Origin: a virus
Length of the DNA stretch: 64,000 nt
Reading direction: 5' to 3' (one strand)
IMG/VR virus record: IMGVR_UViG_3300031841_004520
Span: 59,593 to 123,592 of that record
In this document: in pieces, positions 56,100 to 64,000 of the stretch
Layout of the letters: every line of letters starts with the position of its first letter
Position numbering within the stretch: position 1 is the first letter of the stretch
Made by a program: the position numbers and the translations under genes
The notes under the pieces: generated by a model
What the model was told of the DNA's origin: nothing
The model's input: the letters and a program-made list of their open reading frames with translations, nothing else
Database searches by the model: none

Positions 56100-56862
56100 C
56101 TTTTATAATCTCTTCTAAAAGTTTTTGTGTTTTAATTATCCATTCAGCATAATCGCTTATTCTTGTACTACACCCTACGTCGCCAAAATCAGAGTCACTT
56201 CTACCATCAGTTGCATATACATAAGAATTTATACCTGCAATTTTTTTATCTATAAATAAACCACCGCCACTATCTCCTGGCGATATTAAAAATTCTAATG
56301 TTGTTTTGGGTTCTGTATGAACAGAATAGGTTAAACAATTATCATCAATAGCATCTATAACATTTGATCCTGCTCGTCTTTTGTTATCGAAAGTGGTTGT
56401 AGAAAATCCACTATTAAAGTCTCCATGATACCCATAGCCAGCTAATCCACAGACCTTACTCTTTTCATCTTGTTTGGTATATAATTCTGGATAATAATCT
56501 AACTTTAGTGGTCTTTGTAATCTAGCTATGGCAATGTCATGCTTGCCCATAACCTTGCTATCATAATCAATATGAACAGCTACTATAGAACAAGGATATG
56601 CTTTACCTTTATACAAAACATGCTGGCTGATAGAGCCTGTGACTACATGAGCAGCAGTCAATATGTAATATTCATCTATAACAACACAGGATGCTCTAAA
56701 CTGAGTATTTAATTGATCTCCTAAAACACCCACAAGAGGTAAGACACATTCATATTTTTCGCCATACTCTACATATTTAGAGTCTGCAACAGTAGGGTCG
56801 ATAGTGCCAGCTTCAACCCAAAAGGGCATAAAGACAAGAAGGATGGCTATAAGGTATTTCAT
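56086..56862 (-). CDS. Secreted trypsin-like serine protease (S1)
   Basis: Signal peptide MKYLIAILLVFMPFWVEA; LTAAHV, DIAI, GDSGG. Confidence 0.92.
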   Translation of the reverse strand: MKYLIAILLVFMPFWVEAGTIDPTVADSKYVEYGEKYECVLPLVGVLGDQLNTQFRASCVVIDEYYILTAAHVVTGSISQHVLYKGKAYPCSIVAVHIDYDSKVMGKHDIAIARLQRPLKLDYYPELYTKQDEKSKVCGLAGYGYHGDFNSGFSTTTFDNKRRAGSNVIDAIDDNCLTYSVHTEPKTTLEFLISPGDSGGGLFIDKKIAGINSYVYATDGRSDSDFGDVGCSTRISDYAEWIIKTQKLLEEIIKDAQS

Positions 56863-56874
56863 ATAATACCCCTT

Positions 56875-57186
56875 TCATTTAAAGGGTTTTCTCTTTACCT
56901 TATGGTAATACACCTTTGAGTCTTCTATTACATTTACATTCCAGCTTTTATAATTCATAAGATGACCAAACATAAAGTGACAGTATTTATCGCATAGCGT
57001 TATAAGATTATCTGGATCAAGTTCTTTTGACGGGTCTAAATGTACTGGAACTATATGATGAACTTCCGGCTTTTTACAAGAACCACACGCTTGGCAACAA
57101 GGCTGGTTTGCTATATGTTGTTTTCTAAGTGCTGACCAGCCGGGACTCCTGACAGCATATCTGACTTCTTTTTTAAACGGCCACAT
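56875..57186 (-). CDS. Small HNH endonuclease
   Basis: CQACG...EVHHI...NLITLC..CH..FGH. Confidence 0.88.
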   Translation of the reverse strand: MWPFKKEVRYAVRSPGWSALRKQHIANQPCCQACGSCKKPEVHHIVPVHLDPSKELDPDNLITLCDKYCHFMFGHLMNYKSWNVNVIEDSKVYYHKVKRKPFK

Positions 57187-57187
57187 T

Positions 57188-57829
57188 TTACCAACCTAAT
57201 GCTTGAGATATAATTGGGAACTGCTCCACAAAAATATCTTTACACCGATTAGCTATATCCATGTGTTCTTTTTGGGTTCCGTTTGCTGTTCTAAGTTGCA
57301 TGTAGTGCATCCACGACCTCACGCTACCACTCATATATAAACGTGTGGGGGTAGCTAAGGGTAAAACAAAACGAGCGCATTCTTTGGCTATTCCATCTGT
57401 GAGCATGTCGTCATACATAGCTTTAGATTTTGCAAAATGCTCTCTCATCAAAGCATTGTATTTAACAATCATCTCTTGATCTATATCATCAATACTATTT
57501 TGTCGATTCTTATTGTCTTGCGATCTTAATTTAGGTAGAGGAATCTCTTGCCCTAAATGGCTGGCATCAGCATATCTCTGACTAAACTCTTGAAAGGTAA
57601 AACTTCTATGTCTCAATACTTGTGCAGCAATACCTCTGTTAGTATTAATTTCAAGAGTCATAAATGCCATTTCAAATATAGACCAGTGCTGATGATCTAT
57701 ACAGTATTTTAATAATTTAGATATATTTTCATTATCTTGATTGTTAGGATTTGATACTCTTGCACAATAAGCTATATTTTTTTCTGCATCTGGAGTCACA
57801 CTCACTAATTTAGCACTATGTATTTTCAT
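57188..57829 (-). CDS. thyX: Flavin-dependent thymidylate synthase
   Basis: ARVS, HWSIFE, QVLRHRSFTFQEFSQRY, ARFVLP, R...TQKEH. Confidence 0.97.
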   Translation of the reverse strand: MKIHSAKLVSVTPDAEKNIAYCARVSNPNNQDNENISKLLKYCIDHQHWSIFEMAFMTLEINTNRGIAAQVLRHRSFTFQEFSQRYADASHLGQEIPLPKLRSQDNKNRQNSIDDIDQEMIVKYNALMREHFAKSKAMYDDMLTDGIAKECARFVLPLATPTRLYMSGSVRSWMHYMQLRTANGTQKEHMDIANRCKDIFVEQFPIISQALGW

Positions 57830-57983
57830 TTTTATTCCACCACTTTACTAATTTATCCCATACTGGCTTAAAGAAAAACAATACAATGTAAGCAACAACT
57901 GCCTCTATTGCTTTTCCTATGATTGTACTCATAGTAATAGATTGCTTTTTAATCGGCTTATCATCACCAAGATGATCTTTCAT
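57816..57983 (-). CDS. 55-aa single-pass membrane protein (below ORF-track cutoff)
   Basis: MKDHLGDDKPIKKQSITMSTIIGKAIEAVVAYIVLFFFKPVWDKLVKWWNKNENT*; fills the gap and overlaps both neighbours. Confidence 0.6.
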   Translation of the reverse strand: MKDHLGDDKPIKKQSITMSTIIGKAIEAVVAYIVLFFFKPVWDKLVKWWNKNENT

Positions 57984-58227
57984 AATTTATTTCTTTCTGT
58001 AGTTGTTCTTGAGCATATCTTTTTTGATGTTCTACATGCTTGTTGTCTGTAATATCATTGTAGATATTCATGGCAATTTTACTCAAGCTATTTGTAGTAC
58101 CATGTCTTGCAGGATCATCCAATAATTTCCACTCATAATTATAAGGATTAGCTTCGTCACCAGACTTCTCTCTGTCAACTTTATATCCCTTGTCCTTAGC
58201 CCACTTTTTTATATTAGTCCAATTCAT
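57964..58227 (-). CDS. Hypothetical protein
   Basis: 87 aa coupled ORF. Confidence 0.6.
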   Translation of the reverse strand: MNWTNIKKWAKDKGYKVDREKSGDEANPYNYEWKLLDDPARHGTTNSLSKIAMNIYNDITDNKHVEHQKRYAQEQLQKEINYERSSW

Positions 58228-58520
58228 TTCTTATAACTCCTAGTATCAGCATCATACTCCTGTATATCCTTATCATATCTTTTCCATGCTTCCATGTGTT
58301 TAACGGCAATTATTTGTTTTTCTTGTTTTAATTGCTGTTTCATCTGCCAATCAATTAAATCGTAAAGATCATTAACATGCCCTCTTATTTCTTGGTTGCC
58401 CACACCATCAAGTACTTGAGATATTCTTTGCCTAACTTCTGGCTGGAAACAAGCATACTTTAAAGGCATCTTGTCCTTCTTGCTCATTTGTTTATATTCT
58501 TCAGACTGTTTGGAGGTCAT
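58224..58520 (-). CDS. Hypothetical protein
   Basis: 98 aa coupled ORF. Confidence 0.55.
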   Translation of the reverse strand: MTSKQSEEYKQMSKKDKMPLKYACFQPEVRQRISQVLDGVGNQEIRGHVNDLYDLIDWQMKQQLKQEKQIIAVKHMEAWKRYDKDIQEYDADTRSYKK

Positions 58521-58740
58521 TCTTTAATCTTTCATAGGACTTCAAAGCATCTTGTAGACAAGAAATTAGTTTAAACAACTCCATGCTTTGAGTGTTAGTA
58601 ATATCTTCAATAGTATCAAACTCATCTATCATATGTTTAATGATATTATTATATCCCACTATCTTTGCAAAATCTTTAATCTGATTCTTAACATTAAGAT
58701 ATTCTAATTCTTTTCTATCTTTATTTGATAATTTAGGCAT
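58501..58740 (-). CDS. Hypothetical protein
   Basis: Start moved to MPKLS. Confidence 0.55.
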   Translation of the reverse strand: MPKLSNKDRKELEYLNVKNQIKDFAKIVGYNNIIKHMIDEFDTIEDITNTQSMELFKLISCLQDALKSYERLKNDLQTV

Positions 58741-59071
58741 AAACCTTCTTTCCTTTGTATAAATAACCACCATGAGGATCGCAGACTTCTAATATTCTAT
58801 CAAAATCTGTAAACAAATTATATCTGGCATCTTTAGCAGGAGCGTTCCAAGTTGCTGCCTTGTAAATATCCAACGTATCATTCTCAAGAAATGCGTGAAC
58901 ACTATCACTACCATGAGTAGTTCTGATAATCTTAGTATATTTCTTATTAATCTTAAACCAAAAGTATGTAGTCTTTTGATTCTTAGAGTATGCACCATGC
59001 TCTCTAGCAAATGCCTTATGCTCTAATACTTCACACCATTCTTCTACAAAATTCATATACTTTTCTAACAT
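58733..59071 (-). CDS. Conserved phage hypothetical protein
   Basis: KKYTKII...SVHAF...IYKAATWNAPAKDARYN...GGYLY, a module recalled from marine myophages. Confidence 0.7.
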   Translation of the reverse strand: MLEKYMNFVEEWCEVLEHKAFAREHGAYSKNQKTTYFWFKINKKYTKIIRTTHGSDSVHAFLENDTLDIYKAATWNAPAKDARYNLFTDFDRILEVCDPHGGYLYKGKKVYA

Positions 59072-59072
59072 A

Positions 59073-59966
59073 TTATACACCGTTTACCTTTCCTAATACT
59101 CTACCTCTTTGGGTTCTTCTAACGTAACCTTTTCTTATCATATAGGGTTCGATACTATTCTCAATAGTTTCCATAGCAATACCTGTAAGACTTGACATAG
59201 CTTTTAGACCAAGAGGATTACCTCTGTTCGACTGCAAAACATTTAAATATTTCTTATCGTTTTCATCGAAACCGTGTTGGTCAATACCTTGCATACCATA
59301 TATCTTTTCCAGATTTTTTTCTTGAGGATAAAAAGATGTATAGCTTTTATACCATTGAAGTCTAGCATTTAAAATTCTAGGAGTACCCTTGCTTCTTTGA
59401 GCAATATCTAATAAATCTTGATCAGATATGTCAATACTCATACTATCACAATTCGACCTTGCTAGTTTTGCTAGGACATCTGGAGTATAAAAAGAAAGAT
59501 GTTCTTTAATTGTAAAACGATCATAGAAAGGTTGACTTAAACTACCACCACTAGTTGTAGCACCCACCATTGTAAAACTTGGAATATCAATAGTTTCTGG
59601 ATCACCTTCAATCACTAAATCCATTTTAAAATCTTCCATTACAGGATACAAAAACTCTTCTACTAATTTAGGCAGTCTATGAATTTCATCAATAAACAGT
59701 ACTGAATTTAATGTCATGGTCATAAGATATGGCAAAATACCTTTTATATTCCTGACATTTGCGGCATTGACTGTATACATATTGACACCTAACTCTGACG
59801 CAATCGCACTTGCTATGGTAGTCTTGCCGAGGCCGGGAGGCCCGTCTATTAAAACATGAGGCATTGAAGTCTGCGGATTTTTACAACCACATACAGAAAT
59901 CTTTAGGCGTTCTACTACAGCGTCTTGACCAATAATATCGTCAAACTTCTGTGGTCTTAGATTCAT
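59073..59966 (-). CDS. ruvB: Holliday junction branch-migration helicase RuvB
   Basis: LRP.FDDIIGQ, GPPGLGKTT, LFIDEIHRL, EEFLYPVMED, GATT, GTPRI, IEPY, RTQRGR. Confidence 0.96.
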   Translation of the reverse strand: MNLRPQKFDDIIGQDAVVERLKISVCGCKNPQTSMPHVLIDGPPGLGKTTIASAIASELGVNMYTVNAANVRNIKGILPYLMTMTLNSVLFIDEIHRLPKLVEEFLYPVMEDFKMDLVIEGDPETIDIPSFTMVGATTSGGSLSQPFYDRFTIKEHLSFYTPDVLAKLARSNCDSMSIDISDQDLLDIAQRSKGTPRILNARLQWYKSYTSFYPQEKNLEKIYGMQGIDQHGFDENDKKYLNVLQSNRGNPLGLKAMSSLTGIAMETIENSIEPYMIRKGYVRRTQRGRVLGKVNGV

Positions 59967-60375
59967 CTATCGCTCCAAAATCAAAAACAATCTTCTTAAC
60001 CAATTCAGACACGTTATCTGTATTATACTTGATGTGAGTCTTTTCTGCAAGAGTCCTCGCCTCTTCTTTTTCAAATCCGTAAGAAACTAATGTAATAGCG
60101 CATCTTTGGATTATGTCTAAGCTACTATCGTCTTTTTTAGGTTGTGTCTTGACCTTTTTTGTTTTCTTTGTTTTGTTTTCTTTAACAAATTTAAAGTTTA
60201 TACTATCTATTCTTTTAGGCATAATAATAACGTCACAAGAATAGCAAACTATTTTATATTTAGGGGTCTGGTTTTCTTTCAGACTAATCCAATGTTCTGA
60301 ACCGCAATCATGACAAATATATTTTAAATGAATATCTGCTTCTTTTGGCTTATCATTCTTCTGAGTTTTTATCAT
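59941..60375 (-). CDS. Zinc-ribbon protein with a RuvA C-terminal (domain III)-like helical bundle
   Basis: CHDC...CYSC, Lys-rich linker, CAITLVSYGFEKEEA...VSELVKK; overlaps the ruvB start. Confidence 0.6.
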   Translation of the reverse strand: MIKTQKNDKPKEADIHLKYICHDCGSEHWISLKENQTPKYKIVCYSCDVIIMPKRIDSINFKFVKENKTKKTKKVKTQPKKDDSSLDIIQRCAITLVSYGFEKEEARTLAEKTHIKYNTDNVSELVKKIVFDFGAIDESKTTEV

Positions 60376-60773
60376 TGATTTTTTACCCAAAACACAAAAT
60401 CATTTTTATCATTATCAAATGCAGACTCCACCAAACCTTTGGCAACCAAATCTTTAACAATATTAGATACCATCCTGTGATTCATTTGAATCAGTATTTC
60501 ATCATAGTCATCTTCTTTTATTTTATAATAAAGGTCGTCTTTACTAAGAACCCTGACAAGAAAGGGCTTGAATATTGCTTTGCATTCTCCAAAAGGTAAT
60601 AAAGAGTCCATTTCTTTTTGATTATCGTTGTCTATAGAAGAATCAACTTTTTCTAAAAACTGTCGATCTGTTAAATTATTATTATCTTCATCAAAGTTAT
60701 GATAAATGATCTTTCTGCTAAAGTTGATCAACTTGTCTACGTTGACTACTTCTAGCCATCCTTCTTCTTGCAT
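60372..60773 (-). CDS. Hypothetical protein (winged-helix-like C-terminus)
   Basis: VSNIVKDLVAKGLVESAFD. Confidence 0.55.
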   Translation of the reverse strand: MQEEGWLEVVNVDKLINFSRKIIYHNFDEDNNNLTDRQFLEKVDSSIDNDNQKEMDSLLPFGECKAIFKPFLVRVLSKDDLYYKIKEDDYDEILIQMNHRMVSNIVKDLVAKGLVESAFDNDKNDFVFWVKNQ

Positions 60774-60781
60774 AGTAAACC

Positions 60782-61168
60782 TCAGTTTAATATAGTGTGT
60801 AGTCCTTTATAGTGATTTGGCTGTTTTAAAAAGTGTGCTGCGTTTGAAGAAATATGGTTTTTCCACAAAGTATTAATTTCATCAGAAATAAAATATGTTT
60901 TTTTCCATATAGCCTCTTCGTAATGATTACTCCCCAGATACATGAAGTCCGTTTGCTTCGATGTATCTTGGGGAGTCGAATCACTCACAGGAAACTTTTT
61001 AGGTTGAACAATCCAAGTATTGTCATCCTCTTCTATAATGTCTTCTATAGCTTTCTTTAGCCACTTCTCCCAAGCATTCATATCAAATTTGTAATCTGAT
61101 CCATAGTTTTCGTTGGGATAGTAATTATATTCGTCATCATCATAATCGTCGTATTCAGGGTCTTGCAT
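60782..61168 (-). CDS. Hypothetical protein with acidic N-terminus
   Basis: 128 aa, GAGG Shine-Dalgarno. Confidence 0.6.
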   Translation of the reverse strand: MQDPEYDDYDDDEYNYYPNENYGSDYKFDMNAWEKWLKKAIEDIIEEDDNTWIVQPKKFPVSDSTPQDTSKQTDFMYLGSNHYEEAIWKKTYFISDEINTLWKNHISSNAAHFLKQPNHYKGLHTILN

Positions 61169-61181
61169 ATTTTTACCTCAA

Positions 61182-61216
61182 GGGCCACGGGACAGGAGAC
61201 AGTTGCCCCGTGACCC
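61182..61216 (-). other. GC-rich 13-bp RNA hairpin without U-tract
   Basis: GGGUCACGGGGCA / UGUCCCGUGGCCC with 9-nt loop; two G-U pairs form only on the minus strand. Confidence 0.7.
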
Positions 61217-61223
61217 CACTCCA

Positions 61224-62096
61224 TTAATAGTCAGTAAACCGATCAATCAAATCATCCATAGGATCATTGTCGTCGTCATCTTCAAACTGATCCCAATAAT
61301 CATCATCATACTCATCATACACTGTTGAGGCTTCGTCTTCATCAACATAAGAATCTGCTTCAAACTCAGCCTTATAAAGAGGCTTTGGCAGTTCACCTTG
61401 ATAAAGACCAACTACTTCATATTTGCAAGTACGAAGTTTCTCACAGTTACAATCACTAGGGACACTGACAACATCTTCAGGATTGATTTTAACAATCACA
61501 ATGTTATCACCAGCATCAACACTACCATAACTAGCGACATAATTCAATGCCCCTGCATGAAGCCCTTGTGAGCATCCAACTTTGCGGTTGTCGTCTACCT
61601 TTGCTCTACGCATTTCGCAGACCTGACCAACGCTGTTATCGAATACACCCTGCCACTTATCCTTGAAGTCGCTACGGACTGCTTTATATGCAAGGAAACA
61701 TCCGTCCTCAGTCACAGGTAGGTTCTCATGCTCCAAGAAATCATACAGTTCTTGCTGACTCTGCATACTTGGGTTTTGCATAAGGTTCTCTAAGAAATTT
61801 ACAAGAGGTTGAAAAGGCAAGCCTTTGCTCATAAATTCTATAATCCTCTTGCTGATACTTCCATGAACTTCTTCACCCTCAAACATCACTTTACCATTCT
61901 GGATTGATACTTGTCCTTGACTAAAAGTAGCAATAGCTTTCTCAATATCTACCAATTCTAGCAACTCATCTTCTGTTGCTGTTGGTAGTGCTTCCAGAAT
62001 CAACTTGTAATTAGTATGATCTGGAATTACTTGGTGAGCCTTGTTTTTTAAGATCACCGTTAAGTTACCGTCAACCCACATAAAAGGAACGCTCAT
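61224..62096 (-). CDS. rIIB: rIIB-like protein
   Basis: NPS....ELYDFL...LPVTEDGCFLAYKAV...DNSVG..EM.R..VDDN...CSQGLH...INPEDVVSVP.D..KLRTCKYEV. Confidence 0.9.
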   Translation of the reverse strand: MSVPFMWVDGNLTVILKNKAHQVIPDHTNYKLILEALPTATEDELLELVDIEKAIATFSQGQVSIQNGKVMFEGEEVHGSISKRIIEFMSKGLPFQPLVNFLENLMQNPSMQSQQELYDFLEHENLPVTEDGCFLAYKAVRSDFKDKWQGVFDNSVGQVCEMRRAKVDDNRKVGCSQGLHAGALNYVASYGSVDAGDNIVIVKINPEDVVSVPSDCNCEKLRTCKYEVVGLYQGELPKPLYKAEFEADSYVDEDEASTVYDEYDDDYWDQFEDDDDNDPMDDLIDRFTDY

Positions 62097-62120
62097 TATT
62101 AATCTCCTGTGAAATAAAAC

Positions 62121-64000
62121 CTAAACCAAATTTCCTACTGCTGTTCTCAGTTCGCTGAGTTCAACATTGTCAAACCATTTGTCTCGACCATAGTAACCAT
62201 TGTTGTGAATATCTGTAGGAGCATCATTTTTGATCTTCTCAATATCCAACTCGTCGTTACCACTAACAATATACTTTAGTATCGGTGAACTGTCAATAGC
62301 ACCTTTAAGAATTTCTCTAAGATCACTCATTTTAGGCAGGGTCTTGATGATTGCCTGACTATGTGATTTCTTACCAGATGGTAATTCTTCATAATCATAT
62401 AGTTTCTTAAATTCAAAAAGCATGTTGTCTAGTTTAAGAATCTTAGTGTGAATATCCTTTGCATCTTCTACGATGTTGTATTCACTTGCTATATTATTTA
62501 CATGCTGTTCAAGTCTCTGTCTACTAAATACTCTGAGATTAAAGTATTCACTATTTGCAACTTTAGCAAAGTAGTACATGAGTAGCCATTCATCCATAGC
62601 CTTAGTGACTGTCTCGTTTTTAATATAGTCTTTGTAGTCAAGACCATAGATATTTAAAAGATTAGCCATTACAACTCTGTCTGAACGCTCAGGAGTATTA
62701 GACCATCGTGCTTTCTTTGATAAGTCTGAAGTACAATACTGTTTATCACAGTAGTTTATGACTGCATCATACTTGCCTACTTCCTCTCTTAATTTCTTAG
62801 AGATTTTTGCAGCCTTGGTCTTAAACCATTTGTTAAAGCAAACTAGATTTATGCCTTGCTTTTGTAACTTAGATACGGAACCTTGCTTGATAGCATAGAT
62901 ATTATATCTCTTGAATAGTAAAGCACCTAAGACGTTATCTTTACCCGCTAGACTATAAATCTTATGCAAGGCAGGATAAGGACTAACAGAAGCATACCTA
63001 GTAATAGGAACATAGATTACTTGTTCAGCATCTTCTAGTCCTTCTACCAGACTGTCGCTTAGTTCACTAAGATGGGTAGAATCATTAAGATTATTACCAC
63101 TAAGATCAGAACACTCATCAGGCTGATAATCTTTAGAACTTTTTAGCAGAAAGATTTCGTCCTTACTAATCATACCAGCACCAGTGCCAGTTCTACCCTT
63201 GGTACTAGATTGTAGCAGACTACGGTACTCAGAGATATTCTTGACGTTCTCTTCTCCACCAATATCTTTGATAAGTTGAGAGAAACCCTCACCAGAATCT
63301 TCTGCTGGATTTTGAGTGTCAACCATAAGATATGCCATACAATCATTCTGATTACAATATCTAATAGCAATCTTCTTGGCAGTCTCAGGACTTCTGGTAT
63401 CGCAGACAAAGAAGGCTAGAGGATTACTCTTACGCTTATTATCCCAATAATTAGATGATCTACCTTGTAGACTCTCATGATGGATTTTATGTGTTAGATA
63501 TAGCATTCTCTTAGAACGATGACTAGCAGTACGATAATTAATAACATATAGCTGCTTATGCTTGCCTAGTTTATAATCTAGGTCTTTACCAGCAGACAGA
63601 TCATGCTTCTTACCTTCTGGATCAATCCACTCTGCACCAGCAGTATATCCACCAGCAATATCAGCCAGCTTATAATATGTCTGGTAAGCATCTACAAGAT
63701 TATCACACTCTTCAACCTTGGTTGACATATTGCTCTTGAGTTGCAAATAAATATCTTGGGTCTTTTCTCTAAGAGTTTTAATAACACCCTTGGTATACTG
63801 TAGACCTTCTCTACTAACGTCCATCTCTAGTTCACCAATATCACAGGTGATTTCAAGATACATGCCAGAGTTTAGAATCTCTTTGACTAAGTTAGTCCAG
63901 TTATCTACATCTGCTTTCTTAAATGCTCTGTTCCATCTTTGGATAGCATCACTCTTTTGCTCTTGTTCTTCTTTGCCGATAATTTTATCGGAATCTACTG
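62121..64000 (-). CDS. rIIA: rIIA-like protein (5' end outside the window)
   Basis: IGELEMDVSREGLQYT motif; frame stays open to the window end; immediately upstream of rIIB. Confidence 0.8.
   Translation of the reverse strand, partial: VDSDKIIGKEEQEQKSDAIQRWNRAFKKADVDNWTNLVKEILNSGMYLEITCDIGELEMDVSREGLQYTKGVIKTLREKTQDIYLQLKSNMSTKVEECDNLVDAYQTYYKLADIAGGYTAGAEWIDPEGKKHDLSAGKDLDYKLGKHKQLYVINYRTASHRSKRMLYLTHKIHHESLQGRSSNYWDNKRKSNPLAFFVCDTRSPETAKKIAIRYCNQNDCMAYLMVDTQNPAEDSGEGFSQLIKDIGGEENVKNISEYRSLLQSSTKGRTGTGAGMISKDEIFLLKSSKDYQPDECSDLSGNNLNDSTHLSELSDSLVEGLEDAEQVIYVPITRYASVSPYPALHKIYSLAGKDNVLGALLFKRYNIYAIKQGSVSKLQKQGINLVCFNKWFKTKAAKISKKLREEVGKYDAVINYCDKQYCTSDLSKKARWSNTPERSDRVVMANLLNIYGLDYKDYIKNETVTKAMDEWLLMYYFAKVANSEYFNLRVFSRQRLEQHVNNIASEYNIVEDAKDIHTKILKLDNMLFEFKKLYDYEELPSGKKSHSQAIIKTLPKMSDLREILKGAIDSSPILKYIVSGNDELDIEKIKNDAPTDIHNNGYYGRDKWFDNVELSELRTAVGNLV

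Noticed and set aside
16-61060. All plus-strand ORFs in the track (e.g. 2642..3142, 4472..4963, 49972..50514)
   Set aside because: Each lies antisense to a well-supported minus-strand gene and shows no recognisable motif; treated as shadow ORFs
32428-63409. Nested same-strand alternative-frame ORFs (32428..32697, 36861..37064, 41229..41435, 46356..46538, 48830..49132, 58789..59010, 63170..63409)
   Set aside because: They lie within or largely overlap longer genes, show no motifs, and are explained by codon bias of the main frame
1-64000. Stop-codon reassignment, tRNA or rRNA genes
   Set aside because: Conserved genes are full length under the standard code with all three stops used; intergenic gaps are short and show no tRNA T-loop or cloverleaf

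Overview
AT-rich fragment of a large dsDNA tailed-phage genome (inferred from rIIA/rIIB, dNMP kinase, PhoH, T4-like small modules and the absence of core cellular housekeeping genes). Genes are densely packed, all credible CDSs are on the minus strand, and the standard bacterial code fits. In transcription order (right to left): rIIA/rIIB; a Zn-ribbon/RuvA-C-like protein with RuvB; ThyX; secreted trypsin and subtilisin proteases; NDT, GuaC and glycosyltransferases; a block of probable virion proteins with a sigma factor, ClpP and a DeoC-like protein; a membrane/papain/holin-ComEA block; a ~15 kb glycan synthesis and decoration island; nucleotide metabolism (dCMP deaminase, NrdJ, PhoH); replication (RecA, DnaB, DnaG, dNMP kinase, Cas4-like nuclease, a split intein-less DnaE with a DnaQ exonuclease between its halves, SSB); and a final glycosyltransferase block with several degenerate enzymes. 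Best leads: the split DnaE-DnaQ cassette; otherwise unrelated ORFs sharing an N-terminal leader (SNKE.[YF]NKIL...DDNIV...YNTA.Y) with repeated TA[GAS]Y sites; the sulfated/methylated glycan pathway; a RuvA-like protein with a Zn ribbon; a holin-ComEA fusion; and recurrent pseudoenzymes. No tRNA, rRNA or CRISPR array was seen. All family calls come from motif recognition by eye, not database searches.
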